Positions 13,701 through 26,873 of a DNA stretch of 64,000 nt are shown one piece after another. The DNA is taken from assembly GCF_006345805.1 (NCBI RefSeq), contig NC_042997.1:112902001-112966000 (forward strand), in the 5' to 3' direction. The stretch comes from Octopus sinensis (Eukaryota). Numbering within the stretch: the first letter of the stretch is position 1; the number at the start of each line of letters is the position of its first letter. A program made the translations under genes and the position numbers. The notes under the pieces were generated by a model that worked only from the letters and a program-made list of their open reading frames with translations, was not told the DNA's origin and did not search any database.

Positions 13701-16700
13701 GACTTTATGCAGCTGAGGATTTCACTGCATTTAAATTGATGTAATGATTGCATTGTTCAATTAAATGAAGTTGCTTGAGACGATCGTACTGCATTACCTT
13801 TGGATAGCCTTGTTGCTTCAGTGCACTCACACACACACAGTTTTTTTTTTCGGTTTCTAGAAAATCTGCAAGCAGGGCATTTGTTGACAAAGGGCTATAG
13901 TAGAAGACACTTGCTTGAGGTGCCATGCAATGGGACTGAGCCACAATTCACATGGTTGAGATGCGAACTTATTAACCACACAGCCATACATATCTTAAAT
14001 AAACTAATAAGATAAAATGAGCTGAGGGGGAATAACTCAAATAGGTCAATGGCATGAATTTGCATAATTAAGGAGAGATGTACTGAATAACCTGCACAAA
14101 ATATTCTTAATTGAAATTTTCTCATAGTGGCTATTTTTTACCAATTCTCAAGAAAAAAGAGATATAAATTAATCTTAATCATACAAATGATTGTATCCAA
14201 AAATTATTTCCACTCTCAGAGTGATTGGCGTTAGGAAGGGCATTCAGCTGTAGAAACCTGCCAGATCAGACTGGAGCCTGGTGCAGTCTCCTAGCTTGCC
14301 AGTCCTCAGCCAACATAGAAAACAGACATTAAACAACAACTGTGATGATGATGATGATGATGTTTCTGTTTATGGCCGTATCCCACTGAAACCACTGGTT
14401 CTCTTTCAATAACTGAAGTTAAGCAATGTCCAACCTAGTTAGTGGAGTGACCACTTAACAGGTGACCATTCGGGAAACCTAGAGGCTGTTAGCAAATCGT
14501 TGGTTTAGGTGTGGTTGTTGTTGAGAACCTTTACTGCTTGGTTCGTAGTTCAGTCCCAGTTTGTAACACCTTGGGCAAGTGTCCTACTATAGTCTTGGGC
14601 TGACCAAAACCTTGAGTGGATTTGGTAAATGGAAACTGAAGGAAGCCTCTTTGTGTGTGTGTGTTTGTCTCCTTGTCTTGATATCACATAATAGTTGTAA
14701 ACGAGCATCACTCTTTCATTTTCAGACTTCCCATGGAAAGATGTCTATACATCATCATCGTTTAACGTCCATTTTCCGTGCTAGCACGGGTTGGACGGTT
14801 CGACTGGGGTCTGGAAAGCCAGGAGGCTCCATTAGGGTCCAGTCTGATCTGGCAATGTTTCTACAGCTGGATGCCCTTCCTAATGCTTTTTACGTACCAC
14901 CGGCACAGGTGCCAGGGGAGGCTGGCAGCGGCCACGATCGGTTGGTGCTTTTTACATGCCACTGGCACAGAAGACAGTCAAGGCTGTGCTGGCATGGGGG
15001 GAAATATTATTTTCAAGCCAAATAAGTGAGAGTTGGTGACAGGAAGTGTGTCTGACTAGAAAATCTGCCTCAACAAATTCTTTCATCCCTTGTCTGCATC
15101 AGAAGATCAAACTTGCTTTCTGCTAGAGGCTATATTTTTGAGTGATTAATTCCAAAGTTCTTGAAATCACCTGCCCCTTATCTTTGAGAGTCACAAAACA
15201 TTGGTTGTTGGATTTTTGTTTTCTTCCTCTGGATATAAAGGAAAATTCAATTAACAACATTTTAGGCTCAGTGGTTAGAGCGTCGAGCTTACGATCGTGA
15301 GGTTGTGAGTTTGAATCCCGGACCGGGCTGCGTGTTGTGTTCTTGAGCAAAGCACTTTATTTCACGTTGCTCCAGCTCACTCAGCTGTAGAAATGAGTTG
15401 CGACGTCACTGGTGCCAAGCTGTATCGACCTTTGTCTTTCCCTTGGATAACACTGGTGGCGTGGAGAGGGGAGGCCGGTATGCATGGGCGACTGCTGGTC
15501 TTCCATAAAAACAACCTTGCCCAGACTTGTGCCTCAGAGGGTAACTCTCTAGGTGCAAACCCATGGTCACACATGACCGAAGGGGGTCTTTACCCTTACA
15601 GGTGGAATTCACCAGAAGAGAAGGCATGTATCTTCACACTTTAACATTTAACCCTTTCAGCCCATAACACCTGTTTACCAGTAGATGGCTTATTTTTCTC
15701 TATACCGTAGCACTGTTCTACCGGTGGGGTGCATCAGGAAGCCAGGTATATGGTCAAATAAGGTTCAGGAGGTCAGGGCTCAAAGGGTTAAACCAGCCAT
15801 ACCCAGCCCTGATCTTCTACCTGTTTTATATACAAACTGGCCAGATCTTATGTCTCTCACCTGCCTTACAATGTCATTCAAAAAAGTGTATTATCACATC
15901 CATTGAAATCTTGAAATTACAAGATAATACGACAGAGCGGCTAACCGGCTTCCATGCCAGTGGCACATAAAAGGGCACCATTCGAGTGTGATCGTTGCCA
16001 GCGTCGCCTTACTGGCACTTGTGCCCGTGCTAGTAGGGTTCCAAGAGCACCATCCGAGCGTGATTGTTGCCAGAGCAGCCAACTGCTTCCGTGCTGGTGG
16101 CACGTAAAAGGGCACCATTCAAGCATGATCGTTACCAACGTTGCCTTACTGGCACCTGTGCCGGTAGCATGTGTAAAAAGATTCGAGCGAGGTCATTGCT
16201 AGTACCATCTGACTGGCCTCTGTCCCAGTGGCACATAAAAAGCACCCACTACACTCTTGGAGTGGTTGGCATTAGGAAGGGCATCCAGCTATAGAAACTC
16301 TGCCAGATCAAGATTGGAGCCTGGTGCAGCTGTCTGGTTCACCAGCCCTCAGTCAAAATCGTCAAACCCATGCTAGCATGGAAAGCAGACGTTAAACAAT
16401 AATGATGACGATGAATTCAAAACACTGAATAAATAAGCAATGCACATGAGACCATTCAGCATGCTGAAAGGTTAAGAGTTAGTGTTGGGTTCACAACCAG
16501 AAGTTCAGGGATTTTGATTTCTGGACTAGGCAACACATTGTCTTCAAGCAAGGCTCATTTCACATTGTTTCAATCTTATCAACTGAGAATGGGTCCCAGT
16601 CAAATGCTGGTGCAGCGCTCAATCCTTCCAGGTGTCACATCCCTGATTTTAAACCTGATCAGGAATGGGAGAGTTCAAAATGGTGTCTGTATCTTCTCGC

Positions 16701-19700
16701 CCCTGCATTGACAAGATCCCCTTCAGTCAGGAATGGCCGTGCGATTGCACCTAGAAAGTTCCCCTCCAAAGCACAAGTCCGAGCAAGGTTGTTTGTGGAA
16801 GACCAGCAGTCGCCCATGCTTACCAGCCTCCCATCTCTGCACCACCAATGTTATCCAAGGGAAAGGCAAAAAGGCCAATGCAGTCGCCCATGCTTACCAG
16901 CCTCCCATCTTCGCACCACTGATGTTATCCAAGGGAAAGGCAAAGGGGCCAATGCAGTCGCCCATGCTACCAGCCTCCCATCTCCACGCCACCGATGTTA
17001 TCCAAGGGAAAGGTAAAGGGGCCAATATGGCTTGGCACCAGTGACCTCACAACTCATTTCTACATTTGAGTGATCTGGAGCAATGTGAAATAAAGTGTCT
17101 TGCTCAAGAACACAACACACAACCCGGTCTGGGAATTGAACTCACTACCTCATGATTGTGAGCCTGACACTCTAACCACTGTGCCATGTGTCTTTACATC
17201 ACTACTACATTAGCAAAAAGCATAGTACATGTTACCTATTTCTTTACTACCCACAAGGGGCTAAACACAGAGGACACAAACAAGAACAGACAAACGGATT
17301 AAGTCGATTACATCAACCCCAGTGCGTAACTGGTACTTATTTAATCGACCCCGAAAGGACGAAAGGCAAAGTCAACCTCGGTGGAATTTGAACTCAGAAC
17401 GTAGCGACAGACGAAATACCGCTAAACATTTTGTCCGGTGTGCTAACGTTTTTGCCAGCTCACCGCCTTTTAGTACATGTTACCATTCACTTAGTGATCC
17501 TTGCCATCCCCACATCATTCTGTCACCACTCCTTAAGTTATATATTTTATCTGTGTAATTTTATAACTTAGCAACATTCTCTACCTGGTCGTTATACTTT
17601 GAAGATATTTCTGTGACCCAATTTATTTTTTCTTGGTGTTTTTTTTCTTCTTTTTTTACCTTTATCTCATTTGTTAATATTTATTGTAATTTTATTATTG
17701 TAATTTTTCCACTTTTCCAGCTTTATTCGAAATTTGGCATGGGAAACCCACCTAGTGAACTTGGTAGAGGTAGAGATTGGAATGTGGATCTCATCCCTAA
17801 ATTCCTCATGGCTAATGGTATGAAGACTTTTTTATTTCTATTTATACATTTTTAACTATATATTTCTATTTTGTTTAGACTGTGGCCATGCTGGGGCACC
17901 ACCTTGAAGAATTTTAGTTGAACGAATTGATTCCAGTACTCCTTTTTTAAAAGCCTTGTACTTTTCCTATCGGTCTCTTTTGCCGAGCCACCAAGTTACG
18001 GGGATGTAACTAAACCAACACCAGTTGTCAAATGGTGGTAGGGGACAGATAAAAAGACATACATATACAGTCTTCTTTCAGTTTCTATCTACCAAATCCA
18101 TTCAGTCGACCCAAGGACACTTGCTTAAGGTGCCACACTTTTTTATATATTATTATTCATCATCGTTTAAGACTTTGGTTTTAGCTAGGTTGACTCTAAG
18201 GCCCTTCAATTCTAATCCTTGTGGCCGATGCCAGACCCCTCTGGCACCTGTGCAGGTGGCACGTAAAAAACACCCACTACACTCGCGGAGTGGTTGGCGT
18301 TAGGAAGGGCATCCAGCTGTAGAAACACTGCCAGACTAGACTGGAGCCTGGGGCAGTCCCGAGCTCCCCAGACCCCGGTCGAAACCGTCCAACCCGTGCT
18401 AGCGCGGAAAACGGACATTAAACGATGATGATGTTTCCAAACCTGAAACTTCACTTCTAGTTCTGATAGTGACTCAGCAATTAGAGCAAGGTCGTCAGCA
18501 TAGAGGAGCTCCCAGGGGCATCCAGTCTTGAATTCCTCTGTTATTGCCTGGAGAACTATGATAAATAGGAGGGGGCTGAGGACTGAGCCTTGGACCTCTA
18601 CTTCTTCACTTTACTCATTGCCAACCCTCACCTTACTGACAGCGTCCCTGTACATGGCTTGCACAGCTCTCACTAACCATTCATCTATCCCTAGTTTCCT
18701 CATTGACCACCAGATAAGGGATCAGGGGACCCTGTCAAAGGCTTTCTCCATGTCAATGAAAGCCAGGTACGGAGGTTTATCTTTGACTTGGTATTTCTCC
18801 TGCAGCTGTCTTACCAGAAATATAGCATCAGTGGTGCTTGTCCTTGGCACGAACCCAAACTGCATCTCATCTAAACTGACTCTCTCCCTAATTAGTTGGG
18901 CTATGACCCTCTCCGTGACCTTCATTACCTGATCCAACAACTCGATACCTCTGCCTGACTGGCCCCCATGCCGGTGGCATGTGAAAAGCACTCACTACAC
19001 TCTCGGAGTGGTTGGCATTAGGAAGGGCATCCAGCTGTAGAAACTCTGCCAGATCAAGATTGGAGCCTGGTGCAGCCATCTGGTTCGCCAGCCCTCAGTC
19101 AAAATTGTCCAACTCATGCTAGCATGGAAAGCGGACGTTAAACGATGATGATGATGTAGAAGATACTTCTTTCAAAATACTTAGTTTATTCATCACACAT
19201 TAACTTGTGTCAGTTAAAACTACTTAATGGTGAAATAGGTATTGAATTTGGTATCATCATCATCGTTTAACATCCGCTTTCCATGCTAGCATGGGTTGGA
19301 CGATTTGACTGAGGGCTGGCGAACCAGATGGCTGCACTAGGCTCCAGTCTTGATCTGGCAGTTTCTACAGCTGGATGCCCTTCCTAACGCCAACCACTCT
19401 AAGAGTGTAGTGGGTGCTTTTACGTGCCACTGGCACAGGGGCCAGACAGGTAGTACTGGCAACGGTCACGCTCAGATGGTGTCTTTTACGTGCCACCGGC
19501 ACGGAGGCCAGATAGTCGCTCTGGCAACGATCATGCTCAATCCCAGCAATCTAGAACAAACCAGTTTATATTGCTTTGTAAACAAAAAGTGGGGGAGCAT
19601 ATTTATTTTAGTTTTTGAAAGTTTGTGACTTGCTACATGACCAATAGTCACCATAGCAACATAGTTGCTAAGCTAAATTTTCTATTTTTATATTTAACGT

Positions 19701-22700
19701 ATTGTTGACTCAAATGAAAACATCATTGCCTATAAATATTTTTGTCTGTCCCTTTCTACTCTTCATTTCCTGGCACCTATCCACTTCCCCTTGGAGTTTG
19801 GAGTCTTGCAAGCTGCATGACATCCTCACAATTGCTGGTGGCACAAAAATGGCATCTGCTACACTCTGTAAAATGGTTGTCGTTAGGAAGGGCATCCAGC
19901 TCTAGCAACCTTATCAAAGCAGACCTTGAGCCTGTGAGATCTTATCAATCTCTCCAGTCCATTCTAGCTGGGAAAATGAATGTTAAATGATGTTTTAAAA
20001 CTCCTCATAAATTTTAGAAACAAAATTTTGAAATTGCAGGGGTTTTTTGTTTTTGTTTTTTCCCATTAAATATTTTATTTTCAGTTTCATTAAAAAAAAA
20101 CGAAAAGAAAAGAACTGTTTCAGAGTTGTACTTGTTTGTCTGACATGTGACATTGATCTGAGACTGTTGAAACTGAACCAAATACATTGAGAAAAGAGTC
20201 TTTTAATAATATACAAACCAAAATCTTAGTGAGGAGGAAGGCAGACAAATCGCAAATCCCTGTTCGATCTGTATAAAAGAGGTAGGTAGAAACTCTGTGC
20301 CTGTGTAAGCTATGGACACATAAGAGGTACAGCAATATCAAAGAAAGATTAACTGGGAAAGTAGTTTCAGTGTGTGGCAGATGCACAGGTACAATAAACG
20401 CCAAAGATGTACAGAAAATAGATTCCATCACATGTGAGATGGAAAAACTAGTAGTTGATAGCTTTCGTTACTTTGGTGACCAAGTCAGTTGCGGGGGTGA
20501 ATGCTCTGAAAGTGTAGCTGCTGGAATAAGAATAGCCTGGGCAAAGCTCAGAGAGTTCCTACCTCTGCTGGCAGCTAAGGGCCTCTCACTCAGAGTGAAA
20601 GGTAGACTGTATGATGCTTGTGTGCGAACAGCCATGTTACATGCCAAAGAAACATGGGCTGTGACTGTTGAGACATGCGTAAGCTTGCAAGAAATGAAGG
20701 CGTTATGACTGCTGGATGTGTAATGTGCATACATGATAAAGTGTAAGTGCCCTGAGAGAAAAGTTGGGCATGAGAAGCATCAGATGTGGTGTGCAAGAGA
20801 GATGATTGTGCTTGTATGGTCATATGTTAGGTATGGATGAGGACAGCTGTGGGAGGAAGTGCCACACCCGAACCAGTGGAAGAGGTAAACCCAGGAAGAC
20901 ATGGGATGAGGTGGTGAAGCACAACTTTCAAATGTTGGGCCTCACAGAGGCAATGACAGGAGATTGAGACCTTTGGAGATATGCTGTGCTTGAGAAGACC
21001 TGGCAAGCTAAGTGAAATCATAGTTGTGGCCGATGCCAGTGTCGCATAATTGACCCCTTTATAAACACCCTTCAATTGTCAGTGCTTGTGAAGACTTGTT
21101 GAACCGAGTGAAATCGCAGTTGTGGCTGATGCCAGTGCCACCTGACTGGCGCCTGTGCCAGTGGCACATAAAATGCACCCACTACACTCTAGAAGTGGTT
21201 GGTGTGAGGAAAGGCATCCAGCTGCAGAAACCTTGCCTGTAAATTTATTTCATGAAGTGTCAACAAATTTTTGTGGGAACCAGGTCAAAGTCAATGTAAC
21301 AATTTTGACACCTTGTTTATTTAAATTTAATTTAAGAGGTTTGTGTGTTATTAAATAACTCTTCCAATCATCATCATCATCATTTAATGTCTACTTTCCA
21401 TGCTAGCATGGGTTGGACGATTTGTCTGAGGACTGGCGAACCAGATGGCTGCGCCAGGCTCCAATCTGATCTGGCAGAGTTTCTACAGCTTGATGCCCTT
21501 CCTAACACAAACCATTCCGAGATTGTAGTGGATGCTTTTACGTACCACCAGCACGAGGGCCAGTCTGGCGGCACTGGCAAAGGCCATGATTACTTGTTAT
21601 TCATTATATGATTGTACTTGTCAACTAAAGTTGCATTTGAATGACACCCAGTGCATATGGTGGAGCAAGATTCAAAAGAAAGGCTTACCAGTAATGGATT
21701 TAAAATGCTGGGTTTTTACTACAAGGTTTGGAGTTTTAGTCTGCCAACTAATTGTAAATCATCTTGTGCACAGTCATCATTGTTTAACGTCTGCCTTCCA
21801 TGCTAGCATTGGTTGGACGATTTTGACTGAGGGCTGGTGATCCAGATGGCTGCACCAGACTCCAATCTTGATCTGATAGAGTTTCTACAGCTGGATGTCC
21901 TTCCTAACGCCAACCACTCTGAGAGTGTAGTGGGTGCTTTTTACGTTCCACCGGCACGGGGCCAGTCGGGCAGTACTGGCAATGACCTCGCTCGAATCTT
22001 TTTACACATGCCACTGGCACAGGTGCCAGTAAGGCAACGTTGGTAACGATCACGAAATCTCGACAAAAGTTCCCCCAGTGAATCAAGTATATTATGAACA
22101 CATATTTGTCTGAAAGGAGTCGTTGTCTAATGATGAAATACAATATTGTTCAGAATATTCATGTTCATTTCCGCTGAAACATGTTAAGAATGGAAATGTT
22201 TGCTAATAGTATCCCCATAATACATTTTCATAGTAGGCGGTTGTCACTCTTATTTCAATTTTAAAAATAAGATGGGCATTTATCTAAATTTACAAAATGC
22301 AAAACCTCATCTTTTTAACATTCATTTTTCCATGTTTGCATGTGTCAGATGAGGCGGGTTTTCTACAGCTGGATCCCTTCTTGTCTCTAACCCTCATCTG
22401 TTTCCAAGCAAGGCAATGTTTCCCTTTGGCAAAACATGTTCTTCATGGAAGACTGGAAGCAAACATCATTTGTATGACAGTGATACTCATTTACAGGAAC
22501 ACACACACAATGATGGACTTCTTTTAGTTTCTGGCTGCTGCATTTGCTCACAAAGCTTTGACCACCTTGGGGCTGTAGTAGAAGACACTTGCCCAAGGTG
22601 CCAAGCAGTGAGACTGAACCCAGAACCATCTGGTTGGAAAGCAAGCTTCTCAACTACACAGTTATGTCTTTATTTCTGCACAGCCACAACTGTACAGAAA

Positions 22701-25700
22701 ATTCGACAGTTATATGACAAAGCACTTTTGATTGTAGTTTTATAAATGTTTGCTTTTTTTAAAGGTAGGTTTCCCAATATTTAATTAAATATTCTTTCTA
22801 ATTTTTCCTTTAGGTCAGTTGGTGAAGATTTTAATAAAAACTGGTGTTACTAGATATTTAGAGTTCAAATCAGTTGAAGGTAGCTTTGTATATAGAGGTG
22901 GAAAGGTATATAAAGTGCCGGCTTCAGAAAGGGAAGCTTTAAGTTCAAGTGAGTATTCAGACTTTCTCTTGTAAATTGTCTTTCAGAAACATTTCTGTTG
23001 TAATTGTGCTAATCTGTTCAATATTTGCATTTTAGAAAAACTCAAGTGGGTTCTACAGCTCTATATTTGAGAGATGAGGAATTATGTGCATTATTTACAT
23101 TTGACGGATATTAGTGAGAATTTACAAAAAAAAACAAAAGACGAAGACAGGTGTGTAAACAACAAACAGATGTATTAGTTTAACACTCGGGAATTCAGAA
23201 AGTCTTTTACATTTCGAGCTTACGCTCTTCAACAGAAAAGGAACACAGAAATAAACTGGGAGAGAAAATAGAAAAAGTTTAGTGGCTAGCGATCTATCAT
23301 GGCGAAAGCCATTAGATTTATAAGCTCTAAAATTCACTCTATGGCGTAGTGGTTAAGAGTGCAGGCTACTAACCCCAAGGTTCTGAGTTCGATTCCAGGC
23401 AGTGACCTGAACAATAATAATAATATCAGAAAAATACCTTAGGAATGAGAACCCAGGTTCAAAATTTCCCCAGGATACCTGATGAATGCTGGAGGGTATA
23501 TCAACCAAAATATGTTAATATCTGTCAGATATTAATGTCCTTAGGTAGGTTATTGACTAATTCTGATTTGTTTAATTACTTATTTGATATTGTATCAGGA
23601 GACAAAGAACAAAACCTTAAAATCACTCAATACCTGTTGCATTGTATGGATATGAAAGTAGGACTCTAAGAGCAAATGGCACAATGAAACAAATGAGTCA
23701 GGTCTCATGGAAAGAGAACTCTTGGCAAATATCAAGAAGCAGAAGCTGCTATATTGTGGGGCATGGCATCAGGAGGTTGGGTCAATGGGCTGGAATCATT
23801 TGGGGAGTGATGGTGTATGTGTTCATGGTCTCTGATCCTCAGCAACGAGGATAGGATTCCCCTCATCATCATCATCGTTTAACATCCGCTTTCCATGCTA
23901 GCATGGGTTGGACGGTTTGACTGGGGTCTGGGAAGCCAGGAGGCTGCACCATCTGGCAGTGTTCCTAACACCAACCACTCAGTGAGTGTAGTGGGTGCTT
24001 TTTACGTGCCAGGCAAGGCTGGCAACGGCCACGATCAGTTGGTGCTCCTATCTGATACATATTTTCTGCTGCTTCCAATCATCCAAGCTGGTCTCTTTGC
24101 TGTTATGACTCTGTGTACCACTATGTCACCTTCCATCTGGTTGGAGCTTTGCACCAGTCATACGCTTGGTCGAATGCTTCAAATAGTATTTCTCTAAATT
24201 TCTGGATGTTATATTGGTGTGTGTGTATATCATATATATAAATAAATGTATTTGTTTCTTTTTTTCCAGCTCTGTTAGGATTGTTTGAAAAACGTCGCTT
24301 CCGTAGGTTTTTACAGTTTGTGCAGGATTTTGATGAAGATGATCCCTCAACCTGGTGCAGTATAAACCCTGAATCGACAACATCAGAGGAATTATATAAG
24401 AGTTATAAATTGGACGGCAGCACTATAGACTTTACTGGACATGCTTTATCTCTCTATTTAAATGATACGTAAGTAGAAATTTATTTGTAAAACTTGCACC
24501 CTTTGAATTTTTATAATTTCTCTGTATATAACTTTCATCATGAAGGATTTTTTAATTTTTTAATTACTGCATTTGATGGCATAAAAGATTAAAGGGCATA
24601 TTAGATGCACTCCAATTTCAACAGTACATATGCAGGGAAAAATGTTTTAGTGTATTAACCCTGGCAGACCTGGGAAACTGCATCTGATTTTCACCCTCCA
24701 CCTAGGTTCATCATCATTGTTTAACGTCCAGTTTCCACGCTGACATGGGTTTGACAGAGGACTGGTAAGCCAGAAGGCTGCACCAGGCTCCACTCCAATC
24801 TGGCAGAGTTTCTACAGCCAGATGCCCTTCCTAACACCAACCACTCCGAGAGTGTAGTGGGTGCTTTTGACATTCCTGAGCAAAAAAATGAAATAGTTGC
24901 ATTCACAGCCCAAGAGTAACAATTACAAGCAAACTAATGGACAGAATCACAAAAAAATATTCATGAGAATAACAACAATAGGCCTATCTCTTCAACTACT
25001 GTATTCATTCACCCTCCTATCTCTCACCAGTTTCCTTGTCTACATCACTCTCATGTTCTGCTATTTATTCAAAGAATATATATCACCACTAATATTCTCG
25101 CCTGTAAAAAGTCTAGGCCTTGCTCATTTGGCAAAGCGCTGGGTTCATCACAGGATCTTTTTTTTTTTCCAATTAACCCTTTCATTACTGTATTTATTTT
25201 GAGATGTTCTGTGTTTCTTTCAATTAATTTGAAATATAACAAAGAATTTAGTTATCATACTTAGTTATCATTCAACTAGTATTAAGAACATAAATTGTAA
25301 CTAAAGTTTAGTGGAAGATTTTAATTCAAAACTTTAGAAAACAAGACATTTGTACTACAGAGCCAGAGGCAGTTTCAGGTGGGTTGGTATCAAAAGAGTT
25401 AAGAATTGTTGTTCTATTATATATTCTAACCCTTTTGTTACCATATTTCTGTTAGGAACATAAATTGTGACTAAGGTTTGCTGGAAGATTTTAATTCAAA
25501 ATTTATGAAAACAAGACATTTGTACTACAGAGCCAGAGTTGGTTTCAGCTGGGTTGGTAACGAAAGGGTTAAAAACAGAAGCAAGCAGCTATGGGGAGCA
25601 CCATTAACAATGAGTCATGGATACACTTGACTGAACAGAGTGGCAACATGATTGGTTATCTGTTTCTTAGTATTTTATCTTTTTTATCTATGCGAGTTCT

Positions 25701-26824
25701 TCATTACCACTGTAATGGGAATCCTGTAGAGAAAGTATCAAGGCGATTCCTGCAATGGCACGAACAGGGTTAAGGAACTTTTGCGTATAGAATCTGAGGT
25801 GGGATGGGTTAGTAGGGCGCATCTTATGTGCCATCAAATGCAGCAGCCTAAAATATTTTAGTTGAAATCTAAAAGAAGACATATTTGCTTCTTCTCAAAG
25901 ACATTTCAAGTTTTTTGCTGTCTGTAAAGAAAGAATTGTGTGTTGTTTAATGTCTGCCATTCCACGTTGGCCATGCCTACACAGGGAGGTATATAACTTC
26001 AAGAGTTTTATGGCTGGAGGAGGCTTTTCTTGTCAGCAACCCTTTTCTCCTGCAGAGTAAATTTAATTCCTTAGAAATTCAAAAATGCAGAGTTTGCAAA
26101 TGATTGGTTGACCAGAAATGTCATTGTCACTGGTTTCATAAGCATTGATGCCACACAATTTTTCTTTTGTAGAGCACTGCAGATCACACACACAATGGGC
26201 TTCTTTCAGTTTCCACCTGCCCAATTCTCTCACAAAGCATTGTTAGCCTGACATTTCCCAAGACACTACTCAGTATGGCTGAAACGAGAGCAAATTTCTT
26301 AACTACACAGGCATACTCGCACCAAAATTCACACACACACACTCAGTCACATATAATCTACTTTTCCTTGCCTGCATGAGTCACATGGAGTTTATTGAGG
26401 CAGATTTTCTAGGATCAGATACCCTTCCTGTTGCCAATTCTCACCTGTTTCCAAGCAAATATTTCCCCATGGCCTGGTATATTTTGACAAAGTGGGTAAC
26501 AAAGGTGACTGAGACCTTTAGAGATATGCTGTGCTTGAGAAGACCTGGCCAGCTAAGTGGAATCGTAGTCATGGCCAATGCCAGTGTCGCATAATAGACC
26601 CATTTAAAAACACCCTTCAATTGTCGGACAATGTGCCGTGCTTGTGGAGACCTGTTGAACCAAGTGAAATTGCAGTCGTGGCTGATGCGAGTGCCACCTG
26701 ATTGGCACATGTGCCAACAGCACATGAAAAGCAAACATTTGAGCGTAGTCGACGCCAGTGCCACCTGCCTAGCAGTGATGCTTGTTTACAACAATCACAC
26801 AATGCCAGGACAACATATGCTTTT

Positions 26825-26873
<49 letters not shown>

